Of a DNA stretch of 64,000 nt, positions 8,525 through 18,244 are shown piece by piece. The first letter of the stretch is position 1. The number at the start of each line of letters is the position of its first letter. Origin of the DNA: an uncultured Bacteroidales bacterium (GTDB taxonomy: Bacteria; Bacteroidota; Bacteroidia; Bacteroidales; P3); assembly GCA_900319865.1 (NCBI GenBank), contig ONQD01000009.1:10590-74589 (forward strand). Reading direction: 5' to 3'. Below the pieces are notes generated by a model. The model was not told the DNA's origin, searched no databases, and was given only the letters and a program-made list of their open reading frames with translations. The position numbers and the translations under genes were made by a program.

Positions 8525-10444
8525 TTATAATACATTCAGCTTAACTCCAGCAAGGAACGACACGCCCGGTTGCGGAACACCACCATAGTCAAGATATTGG
8601 GCATTGAGTAGATTGTATCCCTCGATAAAGAAAACAAACTGTTTCAAGAGATACTCCGCAGAGGCATTCACCAGCCACACCGGCTGGTATGGGTGGACAC
8701 CATTGTCGGTATAAGAGCCGACACGATAGAGATAGTCGGCCATTAACTTGACATGAAGGGATGTCACGGGTGCTAGAACCATCGAAAACGACAGCTTGTG
8801 CCTTAGATAGTCGAGCACATAGTTGGAGATATAATCATCGGCCTTCTGTGCCAACGTGCAATAGGAATAGGCACCGTCTACCCTGTATACGAAACCTTTG
8901 GGCGAATAGGATACGGCCACATCACCTCCCAAAGCATCGACGGCAGCATGGTTGACACAATGCCATACCGTCTCTTCGGGCTGGCGAATCCAGTCGATAA
9001 CATTCGTGCCGTGACGGGCAAACAGAGTGCCTTGAACTGTCCACTGGCGACACTGGTGACTCATGTTGATTTCAGCATGATGGCTCACTTCCGCCTGCAA
9101 ATTTGGATTGCTGATTTGGGTGGCACTGTGATAATACAGGTCGGTGAAAGTAGGCAAACGCCAGGAACGGCCCACACTGGCACGGACCAATGTATTCGGG
9201 CCGAGAGGCATACGGGCATTGAGCCCATAGGCATAGTTCCAGTGGGTGAAATTGTTGTATGACAGGAGGCCTGTGGCCGCAACATGAATCCAGGAGAAAT
9301 CCACACCCTCCTCCACAAAACAGGATGCAGAAAAGCGTGAAGTCCCATGAGTGTAGCTGTGGTCACCCGACTCGAAACGTACGGGGATTGCCACCGCGAG
9401 AGGTTTCCCCAACACGTTGCTCACAATAGCATCGCGACGCAGTTCAGTTCCGATGGTGGAAGTAGTGATGCCGAACCGTTTGGCAGCACGGAGCCGAAGT
9501 CCCTCGCTATTAGAGAGGTGATAATTGTGATCAGCATACCAAGCAGGAGGAACCACCTTCTCGTGGCGGAACAATTCAAACCGGTCGCGATGAAGACGGC
9601 CATACAGAGAGGCTTCGAGGTGAACGCCCTTCCACATGCGCTGACGGTTCACCGAAGCCGTCAATGTGCGTGTGGCTTCATATTGGTCAGGATAGGCTGT
9701 ACTATAGAATGCTTGACTGCCAAAGTCTTTTACCTGACCACCAAGCTGCAAATGCCACAGGCCAATGCTGTCCTGTCGCCGTGCCTGAAGAAACAAGGAG
9801 CCGTGTCTGAAGTCAGTATTGGTTCGGTATCCGTCGCTACGACGATAAGAGGCATTGGCCGATAAAGTCCAAGGACCCAGGACCTTTGTTGCTCCTGCCG
9901 AGAGATTGGCCTGACCAAAACTGCCTCCTGAAAGGATGAATCTCAAACGGTCGCGATGACATTCCGTAGTCACAATATTGATGGCTCCGCAATAGGAGGT
10001 GAGTCCATAATGCAGCAAGGCCGCTGAAGGAATAACCTCCACGCGGTCCACCATTGCAAGGTCTATCGGAATGTCGAGATTGTGATGCCCAGTTTGCGGG
10101 TCGGAGATGTTGATGCCGTTGAGAAGAACCAGCACCTGGTCGAATGTGCCACCCCGCAATGTAAGGTCGCCTTGTACATCGTTGCCTCCACGGGTACGGA
10201 GATCAACACCGGGCAATTGTTTCAGTAACTCACCCACTGAATTGGCGGTAATGCCTTTAAGCTGGTGTTGAGAAATTACCGCCACCGCATCCGGCGACGA
10301 CTCCACAGTGTCGGTCAATGCCGCCACCGTAAGCGTGGGCAACAGAATGGGGTCTCGCGAGTCGTCGTCACCAACCTCCTGGGCTGAAACGGGTCCGGCA
10401 CACAGAGCTACGACCAATAGCATGGCACCGGTCGCTTTGCGCAT
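8525..10444 (-). CDS. TonB-dependent outer-membrane receptor (substrate unknown)
   Basis: TonB box LPTLTVAA and plug motifs (LRGGTFDQVLVLLNGINISDP), followed by a barrel-sized C-terminal region. Start set at MRKATGAMLLVVALCAGPVSAQE (10444) because it gives a normal signal peptide. The ORF track extends to 10579. Confidence 0.85.
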   Translation of the reverse strand: MRKATGAMLLVVALCAGPVSAQEVGDDDSRDPILLPTLTVAALTDTVESSPDAVAVISQHQLKGITANSVGELLKQLPGVDLRTRGGNDVQGDLTLRGGTFDQVLVLLNGINISDPQTGHHNLDIPIDLAMVDRVEVIPSAALLHYGLTSYCGAINIVTTECHRDRLRFILSGGSFGQANLSAGATKVLGPWTLSANASYRRSDGYRTNTDFRHGSLFLQARRQDSIGLWHLQLGGQVKDFGSQAFYSTAYPDQYEATRTLTASVNRQRMWKGVHLEASLYGRLHRDRFELFRHEKVVPPAWYADHNYHLSNSEGLRLRAAKRFGITTSTIGTELRRDAIVSNVLGKPLAVAIPVRFESGDHSYTHGTSRFSASCFVEEGVDFSWIHVAATGLLSYNNFTHWNYAYGLNARMPLGPNTLVRASVGRSWRLPTFTDLYYHSATQISNPNLQAEVSHHAEINMSHQCRQWTVQGTLFARHGTNVIDWIRQPEETVWHCVNHAAVDALGGDVAVSYSPKGFVYRVDGAYSYCTLAQKADDYISNYVLDYLRHKLSFSMVLAPVTSLHVKLMADYLYRVGSYTDNGVHPYQPVWLVNASAEYLLKQFVFFIEGYNLLNAQYLDYGGVPQPGVSFLAGVKLNVL

Positions 10445-10657
10445 CTGGCAGTCGGCAATATACGAGGCCACATGCCCGATATTGACAACACGATGCATCG
10501 ACTGGAACACAGCGTAAGTGGCTCTTGAGAACCTTTTAAAGCGGATAACCGCACTGTTGATGTGTTTTGTAAAATACATTGTAAATAAAACTTGTTTTGT
10601 TATCAGTAATGCCGCACCATCCGGCTCCTCTGCCTCAAAAGCTGAATGGTTTCTGAC

Positions 10658-10687
10658 ATCAAAAAAGCCGCTACAAGAGCGGCTTTT
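10658..10687 (-). terminator. Intrinsic terminator after rplI
   Basis: AAAAGCCGCT-loop-AGCGGCTTTT forms a 10-bp stem at 10663-10687, followed by a T-run on the minus strand. Confidence 0.75.
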
Positions 10688-10712
10688 CTATTTGTTCTAA
10701 ACAAGTGACATC

Positions 10713-11162
10713 TTATTCAGCAACGATTTCAACGTTAATCTGAGCCTTGATGTCTCTGTAGATGTTGATCTGAGCGGGGAAAGTACCCACCTCTTTCAGC
10801 TTAGCACCATCAACAACAATCTTCTTACGGTCGATGTCGTAGTTGTGCTGCTCTTTCATTGCCTCGGCAATCTGGTCGCTGGTGATAGAACCGAACAGAC
10901 GGCCATTCTCTCCGACCTTGGCGGTGAGGCGGACGGTCTTCTCGTTGACAGCTGCCTTCAAAGTCTCGGCATCCTTGCGGATTTTTTCCTCTTTCTTGGC
11001 ACGCTGGCGGAGATTCTCGGCCAACACTTTGCGGTTCGACGGAGTGGCGATGATGGCCATACCGTTGGGGAGAAGATAGTTGTTTGCGTATCCGTTCTTA
11101 ACGTTGACGATATCGTCCTTGTAACCCAGATTGGTCACATCTTGCAAAAGTATAATTTCCAT
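10713..11162 (-). CDS. rplI: 50S ribosomal protein L9
   Basis: MEIILLQDVTNLGYKDDIVNVKNGYANNYLLP is the canonical L9 N-terminus. 149 aa. Confidence 0.95.
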   Translation of the reverse strand: MEIILLQDVTNLGYKDDIVNVKNGYANNYLLPNGMAIIATPSNRKVLAENLRQRAKKEEKIRKDAETLKAAVNEKTVRLTAKVGENGRLFGSITSDQIAEAMKEQHNYDIDRKKIVVDGAKLKEVGTFPAQINIYRDIKAQINVEIVAE

Positions 11163-11183
11163 TCTATTCTTCCTCCTAATTAA

Positions 11184-11450
11184 TTATTTTAAACAATCGG
11201 CTACATAGGGCAGCAGAGCCAGATGGCGAGCACGCTTGATAGCTTTGGACACTTTCTTCTGATACTTGTTGGAAGTACCGGTGATACGACGGGGCAGAAT
11301 TTTACCCTGCTCGTTGACAAACTTCAGCAGGAAATCTGCATCTTTATAGTCAATATACTTGATGCCTAATTTCTTGAAACGGCAATATTTTTTACGCTGG
11401 GTTTCTACGGCAATCGGGGTCAGATATTTGATTTCAGTTTCGTTAGCCAT
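11184..11450 (-). CDS. rpsR: 30S ribosomal protein S18
   Basis: [18 protein letters not shown]...[32 protein letters not shown]. Confidence 0.95.
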   Translation of the reverse strand: MANETEIKYLTPIAVETQRKKYCRFKKLGIKYIDYKDADFLLKFVNEQGKILPRRITGTSNKYQKKVSKAIKRARHLALLPYVADCLK

Positions 11451-11518
11451 GATTCAATTTTTTGGGGGAGCGGCGGCAGTGTTGTTCTCACGCCTTCACT
11501 CCATTCATAAACTATTTT

Positions 11519-11887
11519 TTATTTCTCCTCCTCATTAGCGGGGGTTTCATCGGCAACCTTCTTGGCATTGCGTTTCTTCTCATTGTATGCAATGGCATAC
11601 TTGTCGAGAGACACAGTCAAGAAGCGCAGCAAACGCTCGTCACGTTTGTAGGCAACCTCAAGGTCGGCAATGACACTACCCTCTGCGTTGAACTCGATGA
11701 GGTAGTAAAATCCAGTGTTCTTTTTACGGATGGGATAGGCCAGCTTACGCATACCCCAATTGTTGGTGTAGATAATTTCTGCACCGTGCTCTTTTAAGAA
11801 GTTGGTGTACTTCTCTACCGTTTCCTTCATCTGATCTTCAGACAAAACGGGAGTTACAATGAAAACGGTTTCGTAACGGTTTAACAT
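11519..11887 (-). CDS. rpsF: 30S ribosomal protein S6
   Basis: MLNRYETVFIVTPVLSEDQ...WGMRKLAYPI, with an acidic/basic tail. First gene of the S6-S18-L9 operon. Confidence 0.95.
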   Translation of the reverse strand: MLNRYETVFIVTPVLSEDQMKETVEKYTNFLKEHGAEIIYTNNWGMRKLAYPIRKKNTGFYYLIEFNAEGSVIADLEVAYKRDERLLRFLTVSLDKYAIAYNEKKRNAKKVADETPANEEEK

Positions 11888-11948
11888 GTTAACTAATTTA
11901 ATTGTTTTATATTGTTGTTATTTATAAATGTCTAAAATAATTAAAGTG

Positions 11949-12021
<73 letters not shown>

Positions 12022-12082
12022 GTTGCGGCATTGATGTAAGATTGTTTGGAAAGCGTTCCGTTTCTTTTCAGGAGAGAGTTTG

Positions 12083-12156
12083 TCGGGGTGAGAAGGCTCG
12101 AACTTCCGACCTCCACGTCCCGAACGTGGCGCGCTAGCCAACTGCGCTACACCCCG
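12083..12156 (-). tRNA. tRNA-Pro (anticodon CGG)
   Basis: CGGGGTG acceptor, anticodon stem CCACG/CGTGG with loop TTCGGGA, T-loop TTCGAGC. 74 nt. Confidence 0.9.
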
Positions 12157-12162
12157 CAGTAG

Positions 12163-12235
12163 TGTCCTGGCAGGGACTCGAACCCTGGACCCATTGATTA
12201 AGAGTCAATTGCTCTACCAACTGAGCTACCAAGAC
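12163..12235 (-). tRNA. tRNA-Lys (anticodon CTT)
   Basis: GTCTTGG/CCAGGAC acceptor, anticodon loop CTCTTAA, T-loop TTCGAGT. 73 nt. Confidence 0.9.
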
Positions 12236-12316
12236 ATCTTTTTTGCTTCGAGCTACGAGTATTGTGTACTCTGTGCTTTTGGCTTTATAGTATTTCAAAT
12301 TACTCTCTTCCTGTTG

Positions 12317-12399
12317 TACTCTGGGTGGGACTTGAACCCACACGCCCTTGCGGGCAAGGGATTTTAAGTCCCTCGTGTCTACCATTCCACCACCAGAGC
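12317..12399 (-). tRNA. tRNA-Leu (anticodon TAA)
   Basis: 83 nt. Anticodon loop CTTAAAA, long variable arm TGCCCGCAAGGGCG, T-loop TTCAAGT. Confidence 0.88.
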
Positions 12400-12453
12400 A
12401 TTTCTACCTTCTCGTTCTGTTTTTAATGGACTAGTTCGGACTGGTGACTTTAG

Positions 12454-12526
<73 letters not shown>

Positions 12527-12541
12527 AGTTTCTTCGCTTGG

Positions 12542-12614
<73 letters not shown>

Positions 12615-12660
12615 ATTTCATTATCAAAATATCAAGTATCTCTTGCCTTAAAAGCGGGTG

Positions 12661-12668
12661 CAAAAGTA
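12661..12668 (-). promoter_or_regulatory. -7 box TActTTTG upstream of the tRNA array
   Basis: Exact TAnnTTTG on the minus strand, about 47 nt upstream of the first tRNA-Gly 5' end. Confidence 0.4.
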
Positions 12669-12932
12669 CAAACTTTTTTCCATTCAACAAAACTTTTTTT
12701 GAATAAAAATCATAACACCCTCATTCCCAAATAAAAATTTTTCATCTTCACATTCAAATCCCGGCCCCAAAAACAATCTTCACGACTCCCATTCCCCTCA
12801 TTTTTCGCCTGTTTACAAACCATTATCCCCTCCCGTTCTCCTTCCATCCCATCAATACATCTGAAAACAAACAACTTATCTTAATAACACATCCGCTCCA
12901 CCCTACCCTTTCCGCCATCTCGATGCTCCGCG

Positions 12933-15569
12933 TCATTTCTTCGAAACTATCTTTTTTATCTCATTCAGTTTCAACAAAGCCTCTATCGGTGTGAGCGAGT
13001 CGATGTCTATATCCAGCAACTTGTCGCGTATGTCGAGCAACGCCGGATCGTCCAGCTGTATAAAACTCAACTGATACCCTCCCTCCGGGCTTTTCTTAGT
13101 CTCCTTCTTTTTCGACTTCTCGGTTTTGGGGTTCAAGTCCGAAATCTTCTCGTTTTTCGACTCCAGCAGCTCCAACATACTGTTGGCGCGTTTCAGCACT
13201 TGCGGCGGCATTCCGGCCATCCGGGCTACATGTATACCGAAACTATGTTCGCTCCCACCCTCTTCCAGTTTGCGGATAAATATCACCTTGTTTGCCACCT
13301 CCCGGACCGAGATATGGTAATTCTTGATTCGCTCATACTGGTCCGCCATCTCTATCAACTCATGATAGTGCGTGGCAAACATCACCTTCGGGCGCGCATT
13401 CTTATGGTTGTGCAAATACTCCGTAATGGCCCATGCTATCGATATTCCGTCATACGTCGACGTTCCCCGGCCTATCTCGTCCAGCAGCACCAAACTCCTG
13501 TCCGATATGTTGTTCAAAATACTTGCCGTCTCGTTCATCTCCACCATAAATGTCGACTCGCCCGACGAAATATTATCCGAAGCACCCACCCGTGTAAACA
13601 CCTTGTCCACCAGTCCTATATGCGCCTCTCTGGCCGGACAGTAGCAACCCATCTGCGCCATCAGCACAATCAATGCGGTCTGCCGCAGCAATGCCGACTT
13701 ACCCGACATATTGGGACCCGTAATGATAATAATCTGTTGCGTGTCCCGGTCCAGATACACATCGTTACTCACATATTGCTCGCCCAGCGGCAACTGCGTT
13801 TCTATCACCGGGTGGCGGCCTTCCTTAATGTCTATCACCGTATCGTCCGACAGCTCTGGCCTACAGTAGTTGCTGGCCAGCGACACCTCTGCAAAGCACT
13901 GCAAACAATCCAGCCGCGCCACCAGTTGCGCATCATATTGTATCGGCTCCAGATAGGTCATCAGCGACGTCAGCAGCTGTTCGTACAGCTGGCTCTCCAA
14001 CGCCAATATCCGCTCCTCCGCACCCAATATCTTTTCTTCATATTCTTTCAGCTCAGGGGTGATATATCGCTCCGCATTGGTCAGTGTCTGCTTTCTGATC
14101 CACTCCTCGGGAACCTTGTCCTTATGCGTATTCGTCACCTCCAGATAGTAGCCGAAGATATTGTTGAAGCCCACCTTCAGCGACGGAATGCCTGTACGTT
14201 CGCTCTCCCTTCGCTGTAGGTCCACTAAGTAGTCTTTCCCCGACCCCGCCATATTGCGCAGCTCGTCCAGCTCGTCGTTCACCCCTTGCGCTATCACTCC
14301 CCCCTTGTCCACCTTCACCGGTGGTTCTTCCACTATCTCGCGTCCAATGCGTTCATATATGCTCTGGCACGGGTTCAGCTGCTCCGCCATCTGTTTGAAA
14401 GCCGCATCCTCCGCCCTGCCGCACATCTCTCTGATTTGCCCTATGGCACCCAACGACCTTTTCAGCTGTTGGAGTTCCCGTGGGTTGATTCGTCCCACAG
14501 ACACCTTCGAAATCAGTCTCTCCAAATCACCAATCGCCCTGATTTGCGGCAACAATGCAATCGAGAGGTCGCGGTTCCTCACCAGGTAGTCCACCACATG
14601 CAGCCGCTCCTCTATCGCCTCCCGGTCCTTCAGGGGCATCACTATCCACCGCTTCAGCAGGCGTGAACCCATAGGTGTAGCCGTCTGGTCCAGCACGTCC
14701 AGCAATGTGCGTGCATTCTCATGTGGCGAATACACCAATTCCAGATTCCTCACTGTGAACTTGTCCAACCACACATACCGGTCCTCCTCTATCCTGTTGA
14801 TCGAGCATATATGCTGTGTACGGTCGTGCTGGGTGGCCTGCAGATAGTACAGCGCTGCACCCGCCGCCACAACACCTTCCGTCAACTCTTCTACTCCGAA
14901 CCCCTTCAACGACGCGGTGTCAAATTGTTTCATCAGCAGCTCGTTCGCAAAGTCGTACGTAAACACCCAGTCATCAAATGTGTTGGTATAGTATTTCTCG
15001 GGAAAATGGTCCAAAAACCAGTGCAGTTTCTTTCGCTGCAGCACCACCTCCGAAGGATGGAAGTTCTGCAACAGCTTGTCGATATAAGCCATATCGCCCT
15101 GCGCCACATAGAACTCGCCCGTGGACACGTCCAGAAACGATATGCCGTGAATCTTGTCCGTCAAATGCAGTCCACACAGGAAGTTATTCTCCTTCACATC
15201 CAGCACCATGTCGTTATACGACACGCCCGGTGTCACCAATTCAGTAATACCTCTCTTCACCAGCCCCTTCACCGTCTTGGGGTCTTCCAGCTGCTCACAG
15301 ATAGCCACCCTCAACCCAGCCCTCACCAGCCGGGGCAGGTATTGGTCCACAGCATGATATGGAATGCCGGCCAAGTCCGTGTATCCGCCGCCTCCGCTCG
15401 CCTTCCGCGTCAGGGTGATACCCAATATCTGCGACGCCTTGCGGGCATCTTCGCCAAAAGTCTCATAAAAGTCACCCACACGGAACAGCAGCATTGCATC
15501 GGGAAACTTACGTTTCATCTCTGCATGCTGACGCATCAAAGGGGAATCGTTTTCTGCATTCTTCGCCAT
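12933..15569 (-). CDS. mutS: DNA mismatch repair protein MutS
   Basis: 878 aa. N-terminal mismatch-binding region (TPLMRQH...FYETFGEDA), Walker [21 protein letters not shown], and a C-terminal dimerisation tail. Confidence 0.95.
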   Translation of the reverse strand: MAKNAENDSPLMRQHAEMKRKFPDAMLLFRVGDFYETFGEDARKASQILGITLTRKASGGGGYTDLAGIPYHAVDQYLPRLVRAGLRVAICEQLEDPKTVKGLVKRGITELVTPGVSYNDMVLDVKENNFLCGLHLTDKIHGISFLDVSTGEFYVAQGDMAYIDKLLQNFHPSEVVLQRKKLHWFLDHFPEKYYTNTFDDWVFTYDFANELLMKQFDTASLKGFGVEELTEGVVAAGAALYYLQATQHDRTQHICSINRIEEDRYVWLDKFTVRNLELVYSPHENARTLLDVLDQTATPMGSRLLKRWIVMPLKDREAIEERLHVVDYLVRNRDLSIALLPQIRAIGDLERLISKVSVGRINPRELQQLKRSLGAIGQIREMCGRAEDAAFKQMAEQLNPCQSIYERIGREIVEEPPVKVDKGGVIAQGVNDELDELRNMAGSGKDYLVDLQRRESERTGIPSLKVGFNNIFGYYLEVTNTHKDKVPEEWIRKQTLTNAERYITPELKEYEEKILGAEERILALESQLYEQLLTSLMTYLEPIQYDAQLVARLDCLQCFAEVSLASNYCRPELSDDTVIDIKEGRHPVIETQLPLGEQYVSNDVYLDRDTQQIIIITGPNMSGKSALLRQTALIVLMAQMGCYCPAREAHIGLVDKVFTRVGASDNISSGESTFMVEMNETASILNNISDRSLVLLDEIGRGTSTYDGISIAWAITEYLHNHKNARPKVMFATHYHELIEMADQYERIKNYHISVREVANKVIFIRKLEEGGSEHSFGIHVARMAGMPPQVLKRANSMLELLESKNEKISDLNPKTEKSKKKETKKSPEGGYQLSFIQLDDPALLDIRDKLLDIDIDSLTPIEALLKLNEIKKIVSKK

Positions 15570-15783
15570 AACATTTTCACTACACCTCTTTAGGTGTAAA
15601 ATTTGTTAACGCCAACAACTTTTTTTTATTGCCCCACTCTCACAAAAAAAATTCCTATAGATTCTTCCCCCATTTTTCACGATTTACCACCCCCATTATA
15701 TCCGTTTCCAAATCAGATTCTATATTTCAAAACAAACTTTCTCAAGCTGCGAAACCCTGTTTCCGTTCTAAAACGCCCCGTCT

Positions 15784-15851
15784 CAACCCGCGACACCCAT
15801 TTTCAAAACCATTTGGCGCTTTCGCAACCCGCGACAGCCGTTTTCAAAACC
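15784..15851. repeat. Two 27-bp direct repeats (CAACCCGCGACAsCCrTTTTCAAAACC) spaced 41 bp
   Basis: Copies at 15784-15810 and 15825-15851 match at 25/27. A weaker third copy lies near 15747. Confidence 0.7.
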
Positions 15852-15876
15852 GATTGGGGGTATTGCAGCATTTTTT

Positions 15877-17028
15877 TTAGTAGCATTGGAAGACGCACAG
15901 CACCTCGCTGCTGAAATCAAGGCGGCGCAGATTGTCGGAGTTGATGAAAAGTCGCATTGACCCGCAGTCGCCCCAGATTGTGTCATATTGGTAATCGTCA
16001 ATTGTATCGTCTGTAGCATCAATTGTTGGAATTTGCAACAATAATGTATCAAATTGACTTCCTACCTCATCATATTGCTCGAAGGCAGGATAACCGAGCA
16101 TTTGGAAATTCTCTTCTGAGACAGCCTGAAACATTGTGTTGTCGCCCAGTGCAAGTTCGTCGGCAGTCTGCTCCCGTTTCTCTTCGGGAAGTATCTTCTT
16201 CACGTAGTCTGCCACATAACAGGTCCCCATTTCCTCGTCGTACAGGTTGCGGACAGCTTGGGCGGCAGCATCCTCAAAATCGAAATCCGACTGATTAATG
16301 CAGGATTCACTTTGCCGAACGCACAACGCAAACTCGTCCATCACTGGGCTTCCTTCGATTGTTTCAATCCGTGGGTATTGACCAAGTAAAGAGATATCCG
16401 CGCCTTTGTCAATCACTTTGTGATACACCACGCGGAAATTGGCCTGTGAAACAGGATTGTCCAAATCCACGCCATAGCCCTCGGCTATTATGTTTTCGTC
16501 TGAGGATATGAAATATTGCAACATACCCTCTTGTGGCAATGGGTCAAGGTGTGGCACATCGCCAAAATTCACTTGCATCACCATTGCCATAGGCTTCCCA
16601 TTCGCATCAGTGGGATATGGTTGGGTATTATCCCAGTAAGGCATACCGCCGAGTTTGCTTTCGAAGACAGATGGCTTTCTGTTGTGATCAATGGCAAACC
16701 GCAAGCATTGCTTTGGAGGGTGCAAGCGATTGATCTCTTCTATGATAGCGGCAGTTTTCTTCTGCATAGCATCAATTATAGATGGTTCGGGAATATACTC
16801 AGGCAATCCTCGTGCTGCTAAACTTTCCTCAAGGTGTTTAGTCGCTTTGCGCAACTTGTATTGTCCTATTAGTAATGTTCCCTTTGAAATGACAAAAAGG
16901 ATGGCAAGAAAGATAAATGCCTTCCAATGGCCAGTGCTAATTCCACGAGCCAAAGCAATTACAAGCAAGATTGCCCACAGAATATTACGTACCAATGATG
17001 TTTTCTTTTCTGTTTCCAAACTTCCCAT
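15877..17028 (-). CDS. Membrane-anchored DUF1963 (YwqG-like) protein
   Basis: Two N-terminal hydrophobic helices (ILWAILLVIALA, AFIFLAILFVISKGTLLI). These are followed by LGGMPYWD, MVMQVNF, GMLQYFI and GDCGSMRLFI motifs typical of DUF1963. Confidence 0.6.
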   Translation of the reverse strand: MGSLETEKKTSLVRNILWAILLVIALARGISTGHWKAFIFLAILFVISKGTLLIGQYKLRKATKHLEESLAARGLPEYIPEPSIIDAMQKKTAAIIEEINRLHPPKQCLRFAIDHNRKPSVFESKLGGMPYWDNTQPYPTDANGKPMAMVMQVNFGDVPHLDPLPQEGMLQYFISSDENIIAEGYGVDLDNPVSQANFRVVYHKVIDKGADISLLGQYPRIETIEGSPVMDEFALCVRQSESCINQSDFDFEDAAAQAVRNLYDEEMGTCYVADYVKKILPEEKREQTADELALGDNTMFQAVSEENFQMLGYPAFEQYDEVGSQFDTLLLQIPTIDATDDTIDDYQYDTIWGDCGSMRLFINSDNLRRLDFSSEVLCVFQCY

Positions 17029-17082
17029 ACTTTTTTTTAACAGTTATATTTTTACATACCATCCCGCCCCGCCGCAACATTG

Positions 17083-17241
17083 CGGCAGAGAGAGGCACAT
17101 GAAGAAAGCCAGTGGCTTTCGATAGCGTCCCGCAGGGTGGCAAACGGAGTGCCACCAAGCGGAGAACAGAGAAAAACAAAAAGGAAAGACTCCCAACGAT
17201 TACTTGTGAAATCTGTGGGAGGGGTAAAATCAGCGAGTTAT
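17083..17241. repeat. About 160-bp noncoding repeat, copy 1
   Basis: CGGCAGAGAGAGGCACATGA...CAGCGAGTTAT is near-identical to 17906-18066 over the first ~100 bp. It contains the hairpin GGTGGCA-AACGGAG-TGCCACC. Confidence 0.8.
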
Positions 17242-17269
17242 GAGCGTTGCACAGCATAGGGCATTGTGG

Positions 17270-17509
17270 TTATACATGCAGCACGTCTTTGATGGAATAG
17301 ATGCGGCTGTCGTGTTCGAAGGTGAAGTACTGGTCGTCCAGTATCATCCACTCGTCGCGCTGTTTGCTGGTGAGGCGCTTGATGTCGGGAAACATCCCCA
17401 CGGGCACCATCACCACGCGGCCGTCGGTGAGATAGACGGCCATCATACCGCGCTTCAGCCCAAAGTCGAGTTTCTTGATTCCAAGGTTGGTGTCTTTATA
17501 TTTGCACAT
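17270..17509 (-). CDS. DUF2442-family small protein
   Basis: 79 aa. LTDGRVVMVPVGMFPDIKRLTSKQRDEWMILDDQYFTFEHDSRIYSIKDVL fits the DUF2442 pattern. It lies 6 nt downstream of the DUF4160 gene. Confidence 0.65.
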   Translation of the reverse strand: MCKYKDTNLGIKKLDFGLKRGMMAVYLTDGRVVMVPVGMFPDIKRLTSKQRDEWMILDDQYFTFEHDSRIYSIKDVLHV

Positions 17510-17515
17510 ATCTGT

Positions 17516-17818
17516 TTATTTTATTCGTTTGACTTGTATCTTCTTGCCATCGAAAACCTGGTCGATGAGACGATTGATTTCATCCCAATGCTCGTCGATT
17601 GCTTTGACAATCATCTGTTCCTCTGAGGCGGAGAGCTCCGACCACGCCACCTCAATCTTTTTTGCTCCATTCTCTTCAATCCATATCTTGGCCACCGTGT
17701 TGCCTCGGTGCGACTGCTTGCTGCCGCGTCTCACGACGTGCACGTGTCTTCGATTTTTGTCTTTGTCAGCAGGAAAGACGGAGAGAATGAATTGGAGTAT
17801 GAGTAGCAGTTTGCCCAT
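17516..17818 (-). CDS. DUF4160-family small protein
   Basis: 100 aa with an N-terminal beta-strand plus RRHVHV motif, as in DUF4160. Paired with DUF2442, as in many genomes. Confidence 0.6.
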   Translation of the reverse strand: MGKLLLILQFILSVFPADKDKNRRHVHVVRRGSKQSHRGNTVAKIWIEENGAKKIEVAWSELSASEEQMIVKAIDEHWDEINRLIDQVFDGKKIQVKRIK

Positions 17819-17844
17819 TGGTTTTATATCTTGTTTTCGATTTG

Positions 17845-17852
17845 CAAAGGTA
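17845..17852 (-). promoter_or_regulatory. -7 box TAccTTTG driving the DUF4160/DUF2442 pair
   Basis: Exact TAnnTTTG 26 nt upstream of the ATG at 17818. It is part of a ~78-bp module duplicated at 18267-18343. Confidence 0.55.
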
Positions 17853-17905
17853 CGAAGAATTATCGGATTGGCAAAAAAGTTTTTGTATCTATAGAGTGTT
17901 TACGT

Positions 17906-18066
17906 CGGCAGAGAGAGGCACATGATGAAAGCCAGTGGCTTTCGCTAGCGTCCCGCAGGGTGGCAAACGGAGTGCCGCCAAGCGGAGAACAGAGAAAAAC
18001 AAAGAGGAAAGCTTCCGGACGATTACCTATACAATTCTTGGGGAGAGGTAAAAATCAGCGAGTTAT
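17906..18066. repeat. About 160-bp noncoding repeat, copy 2
   Basis: Aligns with 17083-17241. A truncated third start (CGGCAGAGAGGCAAATGA) lies at about 18326-18343. Confidence 0.8.
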
Positions 18067-18082
18067 CTGACCGTGTACACCT

Positions 18083-18244
18083 TCATAGTCTCTCCAGCAC
18101 AGCCTGTTCCAACTTGTCAATAAACTCCTCGACGGTGTGCAGCCGCTCTTGGGGCGTGGCCTCCACCTGTGGGGTGCTTTGATGGGCCTCAACCTTCCGC
18201 AAAGGCTTTGTCCTTGTGTTGTTTGTATCTGCAACGGTTTCCAT
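18083..18244 (-). CDS. Hypothetical 53-aa protein (below the ORF-track cutoff)
   Basis: METVADTNNTRTKPLRKVEAHQSTPQVEATPQERLHTVEEFIDKLEQAVLERL. The ATG lies about 20 nt downstream of a TActTTTG box that is a paralog of the 17845 promoter module. No homology was recognised. Confidence 0.3.
   Translation of the reverse strand: METVADTNNTRTKPLRKVEAHQSTPQVEATPQERLHTVEEFIDKLEQAVLERL

Noticed and set aside
10445-10579. 45-aa N-terminal extension of the TonB-dependent receptor in the ORF track
   Set aside because: The extension (MYFTKHINSAVIRFKRFSR...) has no signal-peptide character. The internal Met gives a canonical signal peptide ending VSAQE.
10445-10657. Possible riboswitch in the >200-nt leader of the first TonB-dependent receptor
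   Set aside because: I read the minus strand for cobalamin (GGGAA...GCCACTG...B12-box) and TPP (CTGAGA...ACCTGATCTGGATAATGCCAGCG) cores. Neither is present. This remains unverified without cmsearch.
13200-15593. 339-aa and 290-aa plus-strand ORFs antisense to mutS
   Set aside because: The R/H/Q/L-rich translations have no motifs and overlap a full-length MutS with all canonical motifs.
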